Under the pieces are notes generated by a model. It saw nothing but the letters and a program-made list of their open reading frames with translations, searched no databases and had not been told where the DNA came from. DNA of 64,000 bases from Haliotis cracherodii. Taxonomy: Eukaryota. Shown here in pieces: positions 36,701 to 51,125 of this stretch (position 1 is the stretch's first letter; the number at the start of each line of letters is the position of its first letter). Location of the stretch: contig NW_027266308.1 in the NCBI RefSeq assembly GCF_022045235.1, forward strand, positions 48,794,001-48,858,000. The letters are read 5' to 3'. Made by a program: the position numbers and the translations under genes.

Positions 36701-39673
36701 TAATTACTTGCTATTTATATTTGTTGGACATGATTTATATGATATCTTAGTGATATCTCGAAGAAGCTAATTTATGACGTTTCAAGTTATACATTAATAG
36801 TTATGACATTTATATTTGTCGTATACCAACATATGAAATGAAATTTGAAAACAAACATGAACCTACATATGTTTTTGTCAATGCAAATGAAATCATATTT
36901 CATCATGATATTTTGTTCAATAATTATTAAATAACACATATGTCGCGAGTGCTTAGTTTTTAAGTAACAACATCCATGAAATTGATCATAATCAGAATAA
37001 CGGGTAATTAAACTGCGCTCAAGGTTAGTTATATATTTCATGCCAATTTAGTTCTTCATACATATACATGGAGAAAACCAAAAAAGGCACAATACATAAA
37101 TGATTATAAAACTACATTACTATGTTTTTCAGTTCTGTATTAAAGTCTCACTTTTATAAGTACGTAGCTAACACTAACAGGATCCACGGGAGGTTATGAG
37201 GGACTATTAAAATGAATGAAAACCGTTTGGTATAATCATCCTTAAAATGCAGACAACGACACAATACATTACGATACAAAAACATACACATGCATTCATA
37301 TGCACAAATGCACTCATACTACACACACGCACACACACTGGGCACATACGCCGCATAAACTCACATTCACCAACATACAATTTTAGATATCAACATGATA
37401 TTACCGGTTCATGATAAACGTGATGGTGTGTCAGATGTCATTTGTTTTTGTTTGATCACAATTCACTCTCCTCCCTTTGTTATGTGATGAGTACAATAAT
37501 TCATCAACAAACAATAAGGAATACCACACGTGTTACCACAATAAGTGACCTGCAAATACGATCCATTGATGTGAATATGTGACCGACTTTCTACCTGATT
37601 ACGCAATACCTGACAAAACAATTGTGACGAAACGGATGTGACAAAACCATTAATAAGATTATTGATATTCGTTTACATATAGAAATATAACACACGGTTC
37701 AACCAAGCTAAATTTCCGTCACAATGTTAAATGTACCTAAACACTCAATGAAAATGAATGATATTTGTCAGGAACACGCTTTCTAGACCATAGCTAACTT
37801 GTCCATGCGTTGCCTCTTGACTTATTATTCTTGGTTCTTCCGACTGAAAGGTACAATAATAATTCTTGGCTCGACCCACTAACAGGTACAATGTGTAGAT
37901 CTTGCGTATGCAAAATCTTATGTGATAAATCGTACCTATAAAAATCTCGTTTAATCGATTCTTAATCATATAAGTATTTGTATGCTACCATTTTAAGTTT
38001 ATTCTACTTTCCGGGTATTGGTTTATAAAAATCCACCGCACCGTACAACCGACTAATCCATTTTTTTCTTACTCTTAATTTTCAACCGTAGAAACAAGCC
38101 ACGCCCAAAACAGCTGTTGTTCCATACTGATAACGAGTTATGTAAAACACAACCGCTTAATGCGTATGTGCTTTTCAAATGCTAGATATACAAAGGACTT
38201 AACTAAATGAGGAGGTTCATATACGTAACAGATGTTTGTCATGAAAAGTTGCTGCAATATTAAACATAGATTATAAATATAATTTGACACTGCTATTTTA
38301 ACTTGAGGCGAAAGCCATAGACCAATCTGTGACGGCTGTTTGTCAAATCACGGACATATATAGGTCCGTTAAGGTCTTGTAAAGTGTGGTCTTATGATGT
38401 AGTCAAATACAGATTGAAGTATAAGAAAATGGTCCGGGTTTAAAACCTAAAGACAAAATCTACCTAAACTGCCGAGCAAAATAACGTATTCACTTGAAAA
38501 TTGGATTTCACCATGGATTTACAAACATTATCAAAACGTTTCTTGCCTTACACCAGTCGCGAAATAACTGCAAACTTATTATCCCGAACATAACTGTGAT
38601 ACCCGCATCAAGACATCACTATCGAATAACTATTTCTTGTATCATGTACCCACCAATCATGGGTATATACTTTCTTATATGAGAAAGTACGTGACCCAAA
38701 ATGATTTTTTGACCTCATGCCAGTTTGTCATTACTAGTTATACCTTCTTAAAATATCGGATTGGATCAAAAATTTCTCGTGCTCAAATATTCCTATTCAC
38801 AAAATGTCCAAAAAGAAGCAAGTGGCTGAAAACTTTCATAACAATTTCTGAAGTTTTTTCTCAATTCTTTAATTATTCTTATGGTCCTTAATTATCAAAT
38901 GTTACCCCTTTGTCTGATAGTTCCCAGTGAGTGTGCAAGGTACTTAAATGATGTTTAACTCTAAAAAAATGCTCCTCTTCGTTCGTGTTCGAATATACTT
39001 TATAAAAACATGTTTCTGCATATTTCAGATCTCGTTTAAAAGAAAACACTTTTTAAAATGAAACATTCTTTCAAATGTGGTTCTTCGTTTACTACATGTG
39101 CAACACGTTATCTCTATATCATTAAAACAAGATTTATTATTCTTAATTTGTCATGTGTTTAAGCAAGATAGCGCAAGCACTGAAACCATACCATTAATGT
39201 ATGTTTTATTTTGTATGTTTCCAAAGAAAAGAATAATAGAATTATGATAACCACTTCTTGTCTTTATATAAAATGAAAAAAAATATTTAATCGAGATATT
39301 TGATGAGAAACAATAAGTCCCGAGATTCTGGGGTCCTGACAGATTTCATTTCAAATTTCAAATTTAGAATATTCCAATACTGTTTCACATACATGTATTT
39401 ACAAATAATAACCGACAATGAAGTGTAAATATTTCAAATTAACTGGTGTATCATTTGCAGTAACAAACGTTCAAATATGGACGTTCGTGTTACGATATTT
39501 AAATTTTATCACAAATTTGATTCATTTATTTTCAGAAACAGAATAAAACATTTTGGGGGTAAACGGGCACTTATTATTAAATTTCTAGACCTTGGCGCTA
39601 TGTAATTAAACAAAATACAAAATTCAGATGATTTATTTGTACAAAGTATGTTAATAAAAGCGGGACATTTTTA

Positions 39674-40140
39674 GAATTAAATCTGAAATTCTCGCTGAGA
39701 TTATTCATACTTGAAATCATTCATCGGAGTTCAAAGAGTATGTTGTATTGAAAAGAATTAATGGACTCCGAAATGGCGCGATGTGGTATGAATACAACGC
39801 AAAAGCAAAGGATTCGTGGAAAGAAAAAGAAAAACGAGTTCTAGTCGAAATGTGTATAAATCTTGTCTCAGAAGTTGAAAAGGTTCTTTAATCACTGAAT
39901 GTTATTGGCGTTATTGATGGAAAATAGGGAATTGTATTTGACAGGAAATAGCATAGAACTGAAAACACTCCAAGATGGATCTATGCTGCTGGTTAAAAAT
40001 CAAAATGTTGTTGGTCCCATAGGCAGCTTATGATTTCTAAACGACCACGGCAGAGATTAGACATTGAATGGCATCGAAACACAATGGTCACCTCACTGTC
40101 GGTAACCACTACAAAATATATTAATAAGCCTAATTGGTAG
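39674..40140 (+). pseudogene. Decayed reading frame of unknown family
   Basis: After a tttttag acceptor: IKSEILAEIIHT*NHSSEFKEYVVLKRINGLRNGAMWYEYNAKAKDSWK / KRVLVEMCINLVSEVEKVL*... Protein-like but with stops. Confidence 0.25.
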
Positions 40141-40726
40141 GGGGTAGATTATTGTAAAATTATCAAAAATAATGAGACAGCGGAAGGACAAGAATAACCC
40201 TTGGGTGGTCACAATAGAGCAACATGGGGTCGAAGAGAAAAAACGTACGAATCCTGAGATTCGAACCTCGTGACTCGTGAGGCGAAGCGCTCGGGAGGCG
40301 TCCTCTTTGTTCTGATGACAGCTTTGGAACTCTCGAGTCTCGGAGGCGAATCAACACGTTAAAGATGGCTGCCGGATTCATGGCGATCGTTCATGGCATG
40401 AAAGATTTGCACTGGTTTAACCGTGGTCTGAGTGGGCAGTATCCGAAGGAGTCCATGGCTAGCGCTGTGTCTAAGTTCGATATCCCCGGGAATCAATCAA
40501 CCCTATTGATCTCTCAATCTCACCCAAATATGTCACTCTGAAATGTGACTTGGCACCATAATGATTTCCAGTGCTCTCCCCTTGTTATCGGATGTGATGT
40601 ATCACGTGACACTCCCGTGACAATGATTGACGTTAATTGACGGGGTTTTCCTTTATATACCTAATTCTTCCTCTAAAAATGATTTTATGCCCAACTTCCA
40701 CCCTTCAGTTTCAAGTAGGAAGTAAA

Positions 40727-43037
40727 TTAAGACAACTTTGGGTTGTATTTCTGTGGGACTTTGGAAAATGTGTTACAATATTTCCAGGATTTTATTTTAA
40801 ACAGGTTGCTGGCGTTATTCAGATTGAGTTGATACTTGATATATTCCATTGAGTGTAACGTAGTTTTAATAATCGGTATAATTTCATCGTTTTGTGTAAT
40901 TTCCAATAATCCCAACCGCCATAGATTAGACAAACCTTTTTAGTTGAGGGTTCATTGACAGATAGAATTCGAATCAGCACAATAGGTAAAAAAGTGATAA
41001 CGATTTGTTTGAATAGAGCTCTATGCATGTAAATCAACTCTCGAAATATGTTTACAACCAAAGAGATCACAACAGAGAAATACGTTCTTTCCAATATATT
41101 CAGTTTCATCTATCTGGTGCTTTTAGTAAACATATCTGTTAACATGATTTTTCAATAATATAACAAAATTACATTTGGCAAATAATTTCAACATGAACGT
41201 GGTTTCAATCTTGTTCACAAAGTGGCAGGTTTTGTAGTTGCCCTCCAATTATAGATAGTCCCCAAACGAAATGATTATAAAATACATTGAATCTGTGAAT
41301 ACATTGAAAACTGTGTTTTGTGCCGAAAAAAATGTTGTTATCGAACCGAAATCCTGTCATTTCACCTTAGTGCGTTTTCCAAACATTTTGATTTACATAG
41401 TCGAAACAGTCGTCGCCAGGATTTGACGAAAGAAATGTTTAATGATTATTTGAGTAACACTGAGGTTCAGACTATTAAACTCCTTTTAACAATTATTAAA
41501 TACCGATTTCTTCTTCAAAATAAGCAAGTCATAGAATTGGCGCACATTACCATTCTTTAAACCTTTATCATAAAATTCATTCCTTAATTACCTCGAACTG
41601 GTAGCCTTCACACTTAATAAGCTACAACTCCTAACACGTCTTTGTCTAATATTTTCAGTGCATCTTATACCAACGGCTCCATACAGGCGTCCGTGCAAGG
41701 AGTTTAACATAGACACGAGTGTTTATTCATAAGTGTTTGCTCAAAGTCACGCCGGCATTGACTTCACTTAGCCATGTCAACGTTGTAAGGACTTCTTACA
41801 TATAGGCCCCAGTACCTGGCATTGAGCCGCAGAAAATAAAGTGTTGTTTGGAGCTTTGGATTAGATTGAAGAGCCTACACACAATCCCCCGTGCGATATT
41901 TCGATATCTTTTCTGCAGGTGGCGTTTGAAAAGAATGAATGCCATCTTCGAGCGCATCTTCGAGAGTATAATCGTTATAAACTTGAAAACTGTTTCCAAC
42001 CTTCAAGAGTCTCTTGTCATGTGTCTGAAGAATATTTCTTTATTGGTGGAGATTTGATTTGAATTTCGTCACGGTCATCTCATAGTACGTCAGAAAACGT
42101 GAATTTAACATTTTTAGTTTGTAAAAAACATTTTGTAACTTTGTATTGAGTTTTCGTTAATATCCGAATTTTACCTTCATGGTAAGTAAGAAATGCTTCC
42201 ACGTTGATTTTACTTGAAACGGTTTTAGCATTGTATACATTCGCGTAGGCAAAGGTCCATTTTCCAAATTCTTTCGCGGTAGAGAACGCAATAAATTGGC
42301 GTATAGATATGATAAGACGATGAGTCCCAGCTTGAACAAAACAAAATCAGTATTTTTCAGTCATGTCACGGTGCGTGGGAGGAAAGCCCGAAGTGATGCT
42401 GGTCTTTGAAACTTACACTTTGGTGTATCAATGGCTCATCTGTGAACGTCGAATTATAAAAATTATCTTATTAACGAAAATGTTTGCTTTAGATAAATCC
42501 AAGACAAAATGATAGAATCTCATAAAATACCTAACGTATAAATAATCTATGTTCGAAACAACTTGTGTTTGATGAGTCATGTGAATCGATATTTAGTTTT
42601 CATCCATACAGATCAATAATCTTTGAGTCAGAAATCATGTTCAATAACCCTTTGTATATTACCAGTGGTTGTATCGGTACCATGCCGTTCTATCAGTAGA
42701 GGCTACGTTCCATTTACATTCACAATTTAAACTCCTTCATAAAAGTCATTTCCTTCGACTTGGTTATTTAAATACAAAAATGATTAAAAGAGTCCACGCA
42801 CGCGGACCAGGTACATTGTTGGTCGGCTTCTTTGTGTTGGTTCTTTTAAGCGAGTTGAAACCATTGACAGATGCATATGACCAGTCAGTCGCTGGCTTGT
42901 GTTGTGGCTTGCCTTTGCATGGTCAGTCGCACGTGGACAAGCCTTTGTTTTGTCCAAAGCGCGACAAAGAACAAAATGTTGTAATTTCGCTTTCAGGAAA
43001 CAAATCGGAGTACTTCCGCTTCAAAATGGCCGCCATT
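40727..43037 (-). pseudogene. Decayed multi-exon gene of unknown family
   Basis: ATG at ~43037 (MAAILKRKYSDLFPESE...). Fully open 156-bp exon 42330-42175 with good acceptor and donor (GTHRLIISIRQFIAFSTAKEFGKWTFAYANVYNAKTVSSKINVEAFLTYHE). Further stop-punctuated frames at 42080-41400 and 41290-40727. Confidence 0.4.
42350..42430 (-). mobile_element. SINE family C fragment (inside the putative intron)
   Basis: gtgggaggaaagcccgaagtgatgctggtc. Confidence 0.7.
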
Positions 43038-43180
43038 TAGCAACCGCCACTCAATCTCGAAGGGAAACCGTGACTTATTACAAGTGACCCTGACGTCATA
43101 TTAATCATGTAATGGTTGGTCTGCAGACCACTCAAGTCGCCATTAACAACAGTTTCCCATAATTCCCGACACACGTGACT
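43005..43180 (-). promoter_or_regulatory. Housekeeping-type promoter motif cluster
   Basis: ETS (acttccg 43012), YY1-like on both strands (caaaatggccgccattt 43022), CRE tgacgtca (43091), ZNF143/Staf-like acaacagtttcccataatt (43147) and E-box cacgtgac (43172), at or just upstream of the decayed gene's ATG. Confidence 0.4.
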
Positions 43181-43967
43181 GCATGGAAGAGATCTCTGAA
43201 TAGTGAAGATTCTATCAACTATCCTCTCAGTGTAGAAAAAAGACTGCTATTAGAGACGGAAGTGCCTCCAAGCTTAGTGTATATCACTCTCAGAACGAGG
43301 CTCCAGTGTCATTCATACTGAAAAATATTAGTAAGCGTTGTAAGGGAGATCCTTCTAGAACATTAATGATACTTTTAAGTGGCTTGAAGCCGCTTAGGTC
43401 TCTGAACGACGTCTTTCAAGAAAATACCGACAAAGTCATCAAGAAAACGTTTATATCTTCCATTGTTGTGAATTGTCCATTGATTGCATCCTTCCATGTA
43501 ACTCCGCTCTGCTGATTAGCACAGTACTTCCTGGTTAGGCGTCAGTAACCTTGATTGACATAGGCAGGCGTTGCGAAACTATTGCCAAGGTTATTGAAGC
43601 ACTGTTTTCTGAAAATGTTTCTCAATTTCAATAAACTGACTATAAAAAAGTAAACTGAAAATTGTGTTTAGAAATATAAATAGTTTACGTTTATGAAGGT
43701 CAGGTAGGGGGTAATATTGTTCGACAGAACGTAAGAAATAAAGTTGAAACTCCTTCACAAACGTCACAGTAAAATGTTCTTTTTTAATTTGAAGTTCACA
43801 CGATATACGGACTGGACGTGAGGTCGGTCACCTGACCACGAAACTGACTTTCATTAGTGTATGAACGATGCAATTTGACGTTCATACAGTTTGGCCTTCA
43901 CTCTATGAAGGTTCATACTCCAATGAACTCACACAAAATGTAAGTCAATTCTTAAATAACCGCGAAC

Positions 43968-44820
43968 ATGGCAAGGCTATCTGCTGAACAACATGAGAGT
44001 GAGTGAGTTTGGTTTTACGGCGGGGTACACCAGAAATGGGCTTCACACATTGTACCCATGTCGGGAATCGAACCCGGGTCTTCGGCGTGACGAGCGAACG
44101 CTTTAACCACTAGGCTACCCGACCGCCCAACAACATGAGAGGTGACGCCAAGTAGATGCAGGATAAGTGGTAGAAATGTAGACAGGCCGCGGAGTGGAAG
44201 ACCTCGCGTCACAATCTCCCACAATCTCCGAACCTTGCACCAACGTAACAGATTCCTCGCTGCTACGTCATCAGCAATGACTGCGTCAGGTCGTGTCGTC
44301 AGTCGTCACACTATACGTCGCCGACTTCCAGGGCATGGTGTCAGAGCACATCAACCATTAAGAAGAATGACGTTGACGAGGCAAACATCGTCTTCGGCGA
44401 GTTCAACGTTCGCTATCACGTAATCGGCAACGTGTGTTGTTTTGTGACGAGATTAGGTTCCACCTGTTCAGGGCCGGTTGGAGAACACGAGTCTATCGAC
44501 GTATGGTGGTAAGAACAGCTCATTGTTGTATACAGGAGACTGTGCCATGGGGTGGCTATGTGATGGTTTGAGGTGGTATATGTAGCCGACAGAGGACAGA
44601 ACTGGTTGTCATAGATGGACATTTTAATGCCAAACGTTACATTTGCCATGTATTACGTCCTGTTGTGTTACCGTTCTTGCACACCCGACGCCATCCCAAT
44701 ACCACAAGGAATGAGATGGTACAAGCACTGAGAGAAGAATAGAGGGAATTCCTGAAGATTTCATTAGACTCCAAACGACATTTGTCCGACGTCGTGTGCA
44801 CGCCTGCATGTTTGCACATT
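43968..44820 (+). pseudogene. Tc1 transposase remnant, internally deleted
   Basis: MARLSAEQ...DRPRSGRPRVT (GRPR motif)...VSRHTIRRRL...VLFCDEIRF...WGG...TELVVIDG. Confidence 0.85.
44000..44128 (-). mobile_element. SINE family B inserted in the Tc1 ORF
   Basis: 13-bp TSD aacaacatgagag at 43987-43999 and 44129-44141. Intact A box TAGCCTAGTGG and B box GGTTCGATTCC on the minus strand. Confidence 0.93.
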
Positions 44821-45269
44821 TTGACGCATTGACGTTCATTTAGTGACAGTAATGGTCACTTTAACTCACACGTCGGCCTGGGTGTAATCTGGGAGACCAC
44901 CCATTTAACCCCTTATGCTGAGTGGGATCTGTGATTAATGATCAATAGTTTATTTGTCAGAGTTTACATCTCGCCAAATGATTAATTTATTATTCTTTCA
45001 AAATATAACATTTGCATCAACATGTGTTAGTGTTGTTTTATCATTACATATTTTTATAAAATGATCGTCAATTTAGATCCAATATGCTGAAATACCTGTG
45101 TATCAATACTAGAATTATGCAACCAACATTGTCATATAACTTTCTGTTGTCAGAACATTGACTCATCAGAATGATTATCATACTGCTTATATGTACATGT
45201 GCATAAGAAAGCGTACATCGACTGTTTATTATATGGATTTGAGGTGATATGGTGTGACGGAAAATCACA

Positions 45270-45400
45270 TCACTAATCGGAGCGGGGAGTAGGGACGCCT
45301 GAAATGGCCTTCACACAATGTACAAATGTGGGAGAATAGAACCCGGGCCTTCAGCGTGGTGAGCGAACAATTTAATCACTGGCAACCCTATCGTCCCAGA
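45270..45400 (-). mobile_element. SINE family B, degenerate
   Basis: gaaatggccttcacacaatgtac...gaacccgggccttcagcgtggtgagcgaac. Confidence 0.65.
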
Positions 45401-45569
45401 AATACAGGAAGTCCACATACAAATAGTTACACAGTGTACATTAACTAATCATCATCGTATGTGCATATAAACACATACAAATATGTGATACGAGATATAT
45501 AACAGCGCATTACTACGTAAAGAATGCTTGCTGCGTAGCAAGTGCTTGCTTGCTTGCTTGCTTGCTTGA

Positions 45570-45777
45570 ATGTACTAGTCCGGACTAATGCCGGTTTTGT
45601 AGTGCCCCTCCACTGTGAAACCATGCCGAGGTTTTACATGGATATCCCACGCAGACACAGTATACATATTCCGGTCCTTGTTGTATCCCCTTTTATGGTA
45701 TGACTCGGTCGGGAATCGAGCACTAACGTTCCGCGCAGCGGACAGACGCTTTATCCACTAGACCATGAAGACGGTCC
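45570..45777 (-). mobile_element. SINE family D
   Basis: ctaatgccggttttgtagtg...ggtatgactcggtcgggaatcga...tatccactagacca. Confidence 0.65.
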
Positions 45778-48700
45778 TAGTCAAGGGACATGCGAGATTA
45801 CACGAACATGTCTTTAGTGTGAGAGTATGATTTGGGTTTAACACCGCCCTGGACACTTGTTTAGTGTTTTGTGAAGGAAAGTCAAAAGTGACGAAGGGTC
45901 ATAATCGGGACCATTCTAAAACTCAGCGGATCCTGTCACAACTCAGGGACGTAATTCTGCACAGCGATTACATTAGATCCCTTGCGAAACCCTGCCCACC
46001 ACAGACATTGTAAAAATAGATTTACCATTAGTCATGATATCAGCATGTGATCTCGCAAAGGTGACCACCATACAAAAGATATAGATAAGAGATAAATACT
46101 TATTTTTAAACCTCGTGCAATAATGCTAAAAACATTTTGTTAAGATCACAGGGAATTTCACCATTCATGACACCCGGTAGCACCCTGCGGAAAATAGTTC
46201 ACTTAATGGGCATACCAGTGACTAACGTTAATCTATCAAGGGGGATAACTGCGTCTCAAGGAGTCAAATTATGGCCCTTGGCTTTACTAATGGGTGACTT
46301 AAAATGGCGGACGGGCGAGTAATTTACGTCGGTTTGTCTGATGATAGGGCAGCACTTAACAAAGCCAGAATTCCTGGGGCCAATTTGACACACAGACAGA
46401 TGGTTATATGACTCAAGCCTGACCTTTTTAAGGGTCAGATGTATTGGACGGAGAGGTCAGTTTTGACACTGTGAGAGAGAATGGCATATAAGTCTGAAAA
46501 TAATTTGTATAGACGATGGATTTTTGGGCCGTGTGATCCCACTTGTGATATGTTACTTACCCAAAATACACAAACAAATCTACAAATAATAACAATACCT
46601 GGAGAAAAATGACGGTAACTAAGTTTATAATATTTGTCTTTTGTTCATTAAACATGTGATAACGTTGATTCTGTCACGACAATGAATTGTATATAATATG
46701 CATTAACAACACAAGATATTTAAAGTATTTTCATCAGTTTATTACACATGCGAGTCGTTCGGTTTTACCTCAGCTTTGATCAATATTTCAGCTATGTCAC
46801 GGAAGTGTGCTTAGTTTGGGTGGGGCTCGATGCGATGGGGGTCTTGGAAGTAACCCACGAGCATGGTATAGTGTTGACAGGTCAAGAATCATAATGGAGG
46901 TGATCACAGTACATTTATATGTGTTGCAGTTAGTCTGCTAATGACTGCTTGTTTCAATGTTTAAACGTGTGGACGATTTCATGTTGGGTCAAACGGTCAT
47001 GATAACCCTACTATCTTAATAAAAAGGTTTCATTTCATCATGACTTTGATATCAACGGATATTATATATAATTAGTTTACCAACAGAAAGTAAAACGCTG
47101 CAGCTGCCATCTGCCATAATATACAGCTTCATGTTCGGGACTTACTTCGTTATACCCAACTGACAACAGACTAATGTTGAAAACATATTTTGTTGAATAT
47201 AGAAAAGTTTTGTACTTGATTAAACGTACGTCCTGCTCTCAGCTTTATAACATATTTGTGTAGTAATTTCGAAACAATAATTATTTTAATATCATGTACT
47301 TTACCCCTTTCATTTATTTAATCTATGTCTTACACTTCTATAACAATAAATCTATTTTCTAAAGCATCGTGTCCAAATTCTTTCATTTACAAACATTTAA
47401 TCAACATCTGTAAAAAACAAATCTACATCCTTCCAAAAGAAGCTGAAACGCCAAGACAATGAGGATTATGATGCCGACGCATATGTCCCTATTTGCTGCT
47501 ATAGCCTTTTTTAACTTTCAGTCTTCTGTACCTAGACGTAATTGCACCAAGTATTAAGTAGGGATTGTCCTAATCCAATTGTCCCTAAACCAGTTTCATT
47601 GTAAGAATTAGGACATTAGTCTACCCAGACAGCAACAATTTCCATGATCACCTCTATCTTGCACAGACGGTGTCGAGCTCTGCGCAGTAACACCAGCCAC
47701 AATAGGGCATCATTTGTCAATCCCACCTAACAGGCTACAGAGGCCGGGATGAGCGCTAATTCCCCCAGCCAATCAGGGGGCTTTGTGTACTAATAAAGGA
47801 CCGGAAAATACTTTAACAATACAAATTGCCAACAGTCCCTAGATGTGCCAACAGACAATCAAGAAATATTCAATTTTTGAAATGTGATAGACGGGAGATA
47901 CGATGCTTGACCAGGGGAAGCGTTGTATGAGCGGTTTGGGGGTGGAAATTATCATATGTAGTTGTAGGAGATTGATGGTGTTATACAGCGAAACCCCCTT
48001 AATCCGGACGATGCTTTTCCATGCGAAATCGTCAAGATTCAAAGCTCATGGGAACGGCCAATTTGTAGCGGGCGCTTACCGGTAGGGAGTCACCCCTTTT
48101 AGTGATCCTTTCATTTTCATATTCCTATACAGTGAAGTCTCGTTAATCCGACATCTTTCAGTACTTTCAGTATAGAACTTCCATCACTATTTGGCCTTTT
48201 ACGCCCAAAAGAATCTGTTTCGGTAGATAATTGAGACTGAATATTATCTGATGTTTTGAATTAAATAAAGGTTTCTTACATAATTGCCTGGAAAGTGTGG
48301 TTTGGGGGCGAAAGAGGTCTTTCAAAATTCGTCACCATTTACATTGGATGGTGGCATATATGGCTGTGTAAAAATAATGACATACTGTCTCATTAACTTG
48401 GACCATGCACTGCTTCATTTATACCAATAATAGGTATAAAGACACTACTCGAGCTCCGAATGAAGAAGATTGTACAGGATAGTTATTGCAAAATTCTTAA
48501 CACATGATAACATTGAATTTTAAAAAATGAGTGCTCTGTATGTAAGAGTTATCAATTGTCTGATTATCTTATAGATTTCATTTAGTAATAATGTATACAT
48601 TTTATACATATATACTATATATATGTGAGAGCTATTTGGGGTCTGAGTATATTAGTGAATAAGACTTTTGTTTGTTTGCTGTTTAAGCAATATTACAGCT

Positions 48701-50779
48701 ATATAACGGCGTCCTAGACAGACCAGTGATCGATATTACACGCAAATCAACTACGACCACCCGATCAATTCAGTCTTCTTGTACTATTTTGCTAACCTGG
48801 AATCCCTACCGGACTTACAAGCTTGTAGTCAAGTTATTGTCTCTGATGAAGAAACATAGATAAATAATGTATTCATAATCGATGCATGTGAGTTTTATTT
48901 AACGTTCGAGCACATCAATGAAAACATCTTACTGTCTTTCATACCCAAATACAGAATGTTTGGAGCATATACTACAGTTCTGTTGCAACAGTAATGTTGT
49001 CTATGTTATATCATGAGTTGACTTTTCCACTTTATCTTTGGTGACTAAATCTATGTAAACATGACCGTCATTCTTATACAGTGAACCATTAAATATCACT
49101 AGGATGAACTTGCATGCGGTGTTACGGGAGCTTTTATCATTAATGGGAGGCACTTTGTCCGATTTCAGTGATAACTATCGGCAATAAATCTCCAGTTGAA
49201 CATATGTTCTTACAACCATGAAATTGACAAGTGATACCGCTCGTTTTATGCCGATTACGCCCGAGGCGGCCGTAAGCGTGGTACAAATTGTACGTTGCGC
49301 CACATCACGTGACTTGCGCGCGCACCACGTTGTACGGCAGTTGTGCGGTCAGGATGCGCAAAGGATCGGAAAGTCAGATGTTAATTGATACATCGGCCCT
49401 TAGGCTGTTTAACACAATATAGATAGGACACTTTATGGAACTTGATCGCGGGGTGCTTGTCGCCTTTCGGCAACGTTGAAAGGGTTAAATAGGGAAGTAA
49501 TCCCGAACGCATTGCAATTGATATCTATTTTGCCGCCATGCTGAAATTGCTTCGCGGGGTGGGATTTTACTCGCGGCTACGGCTCACTGAAAGCGTAGAT
49601 AAGGAAATGGGTACGATAAAGACAATTTTATTTAGTGGAGTACATTAATAATGCCATACCCCGCTGGGGCGATCAAAAGAGCAATTCCGGCTGTTAATAC
49701 ACAACTGATAGAACCTCACACCGTATATTTTGTCACCTATGAAATAAAAGGAAAATTATATTGAACGTGTTGTATATTTGTGTGATGGTTGTTTGAACTG
49801 TTTGTTTGACAGATGCATCGCCAATTAGAAGGTCCCAATCTGATCATAACGGCGAGGGTAGTAAACAGTATAAACGATTTAGATTGCAACAAACCAATAC
49901 GGCTTTGGTTTTATATTTGGTAGGTGGTAGCTTGCGATGTTAAGTAAGTATTAAAATGGAAACATATTTTCACTTTATTTCTTTACCACAGCACATATTT
50001 TTATCTTTGGAATATTAAGTTTGTTTGATATGTGCAAACCTGGTGCCACAATGTTTAGTCAATTTGTAGTTAATAACATTAACATACTGTTTACGCTACA
50101 TCAAAGAAACTTATGCTGGTTTTGCAAACAATAAGATGCAAACATGAAATGATAAATTGGCCATCGCAACATGATCTTGCCCGGGGCCGCCATCTTTGAT
50201 TTATGAAACCCTTTGATTAAAACAGCATTTACACGAAAAAACAACACCTGGCCCGGTCGACACTAAGCCTGCTTCTCTAAACCTGCTTCTAAAATCCCGA
50301 TTTTGAAGTTTTATGTTAAGCACGCTAAAATTTTATTATGCTGGTGGAAAAAAAAACACCGCGAAATCACGAGATCAAGAAATGTAGATCAATCAGGCTT
50401 TTGATTTAAAACTTTAATTTCCGCTATCAATGCGCACATCGGAATGGAGGGTGTCGCCAGTTCAGTGCAACATAGGGCTTGGCACTGCATACATGGAGGG
50501 TGTCTGACGTGGAGTGGTGTGTAATTCGTCGTAAAAGATCAAAGGGGATTTATATCGCCGTATTGCTCATTGCAATATGGAGATGAGGAGTATGTACTTA
50601 TATGTAATCCGTACCATCCCGAGAACACTTTGATGATAAGTCAGTTCATATGAAAATACGACTTCGTGGATTTATGGTGTAGAACGGATACCAACTTGTG
50701 TGCAAACATCAAAACATTAAAAAAAGGTGAAAGTTTTCGTCATATCTAAAGGACAGTGGACAATAATTATATATATTAG

Positions 50780-51125
50780 TGAGTGGGTGTTTAACGCCGC
50801 TTCGGACGCATGAAGATCCGGGGTAGAATAGGTCTTCAGCAACCCATGCTTGCCGTAAAAGGCGACTATGCTTGTCGTAAGAGGTGACGAACGGTATCGG
50901 TGGTCAGGCTCGCTGACTTGGTTGATGCATGTCATCGTATCCCAATTGCGTTGATCGATGCTCATGATGTCAATCTCTTGATTGTCTGGTCCTGACTCAA
51001 TTTTTACAGACCGCGGTCATATAGCTGGAATACTGCTGAGTGCAGCGTAAAACAACAAAGAAACAAACAAATAACGCCGCTTCGAAGAATACTTCAGTTA
51101 TATCACGGTGTGTCAGCTTGGTGGT
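50780..51125 (-). mobile_element. SINE family C-type 3' tail split by a family A insertion
   Basis: gtgagtgggtgtttaacgccgcttcg | aagaatacttcagttatatcacggtgtgtcagctt. Confidence 0.7.
50805..51071 (+). mobile_element. SINE family A, full length, nested
   Basis: 13-bp TSD taacgccgcttcg at 50792-50804 and 51072-51084. Confidence 0.92.

Noticed and set aside
44050-44128. tRNA genes (also 13841, 61540, 62550)
   Set aside because: A/B boxes belong to SINE heads with tails and TSDs; no acceptor stem.
45135-45175. Minus-strand CTGATGA-GTCA/TGAC hammerhead-like stem
   Set aside because: GAAA does not follow stem II and there is no credible stem III.
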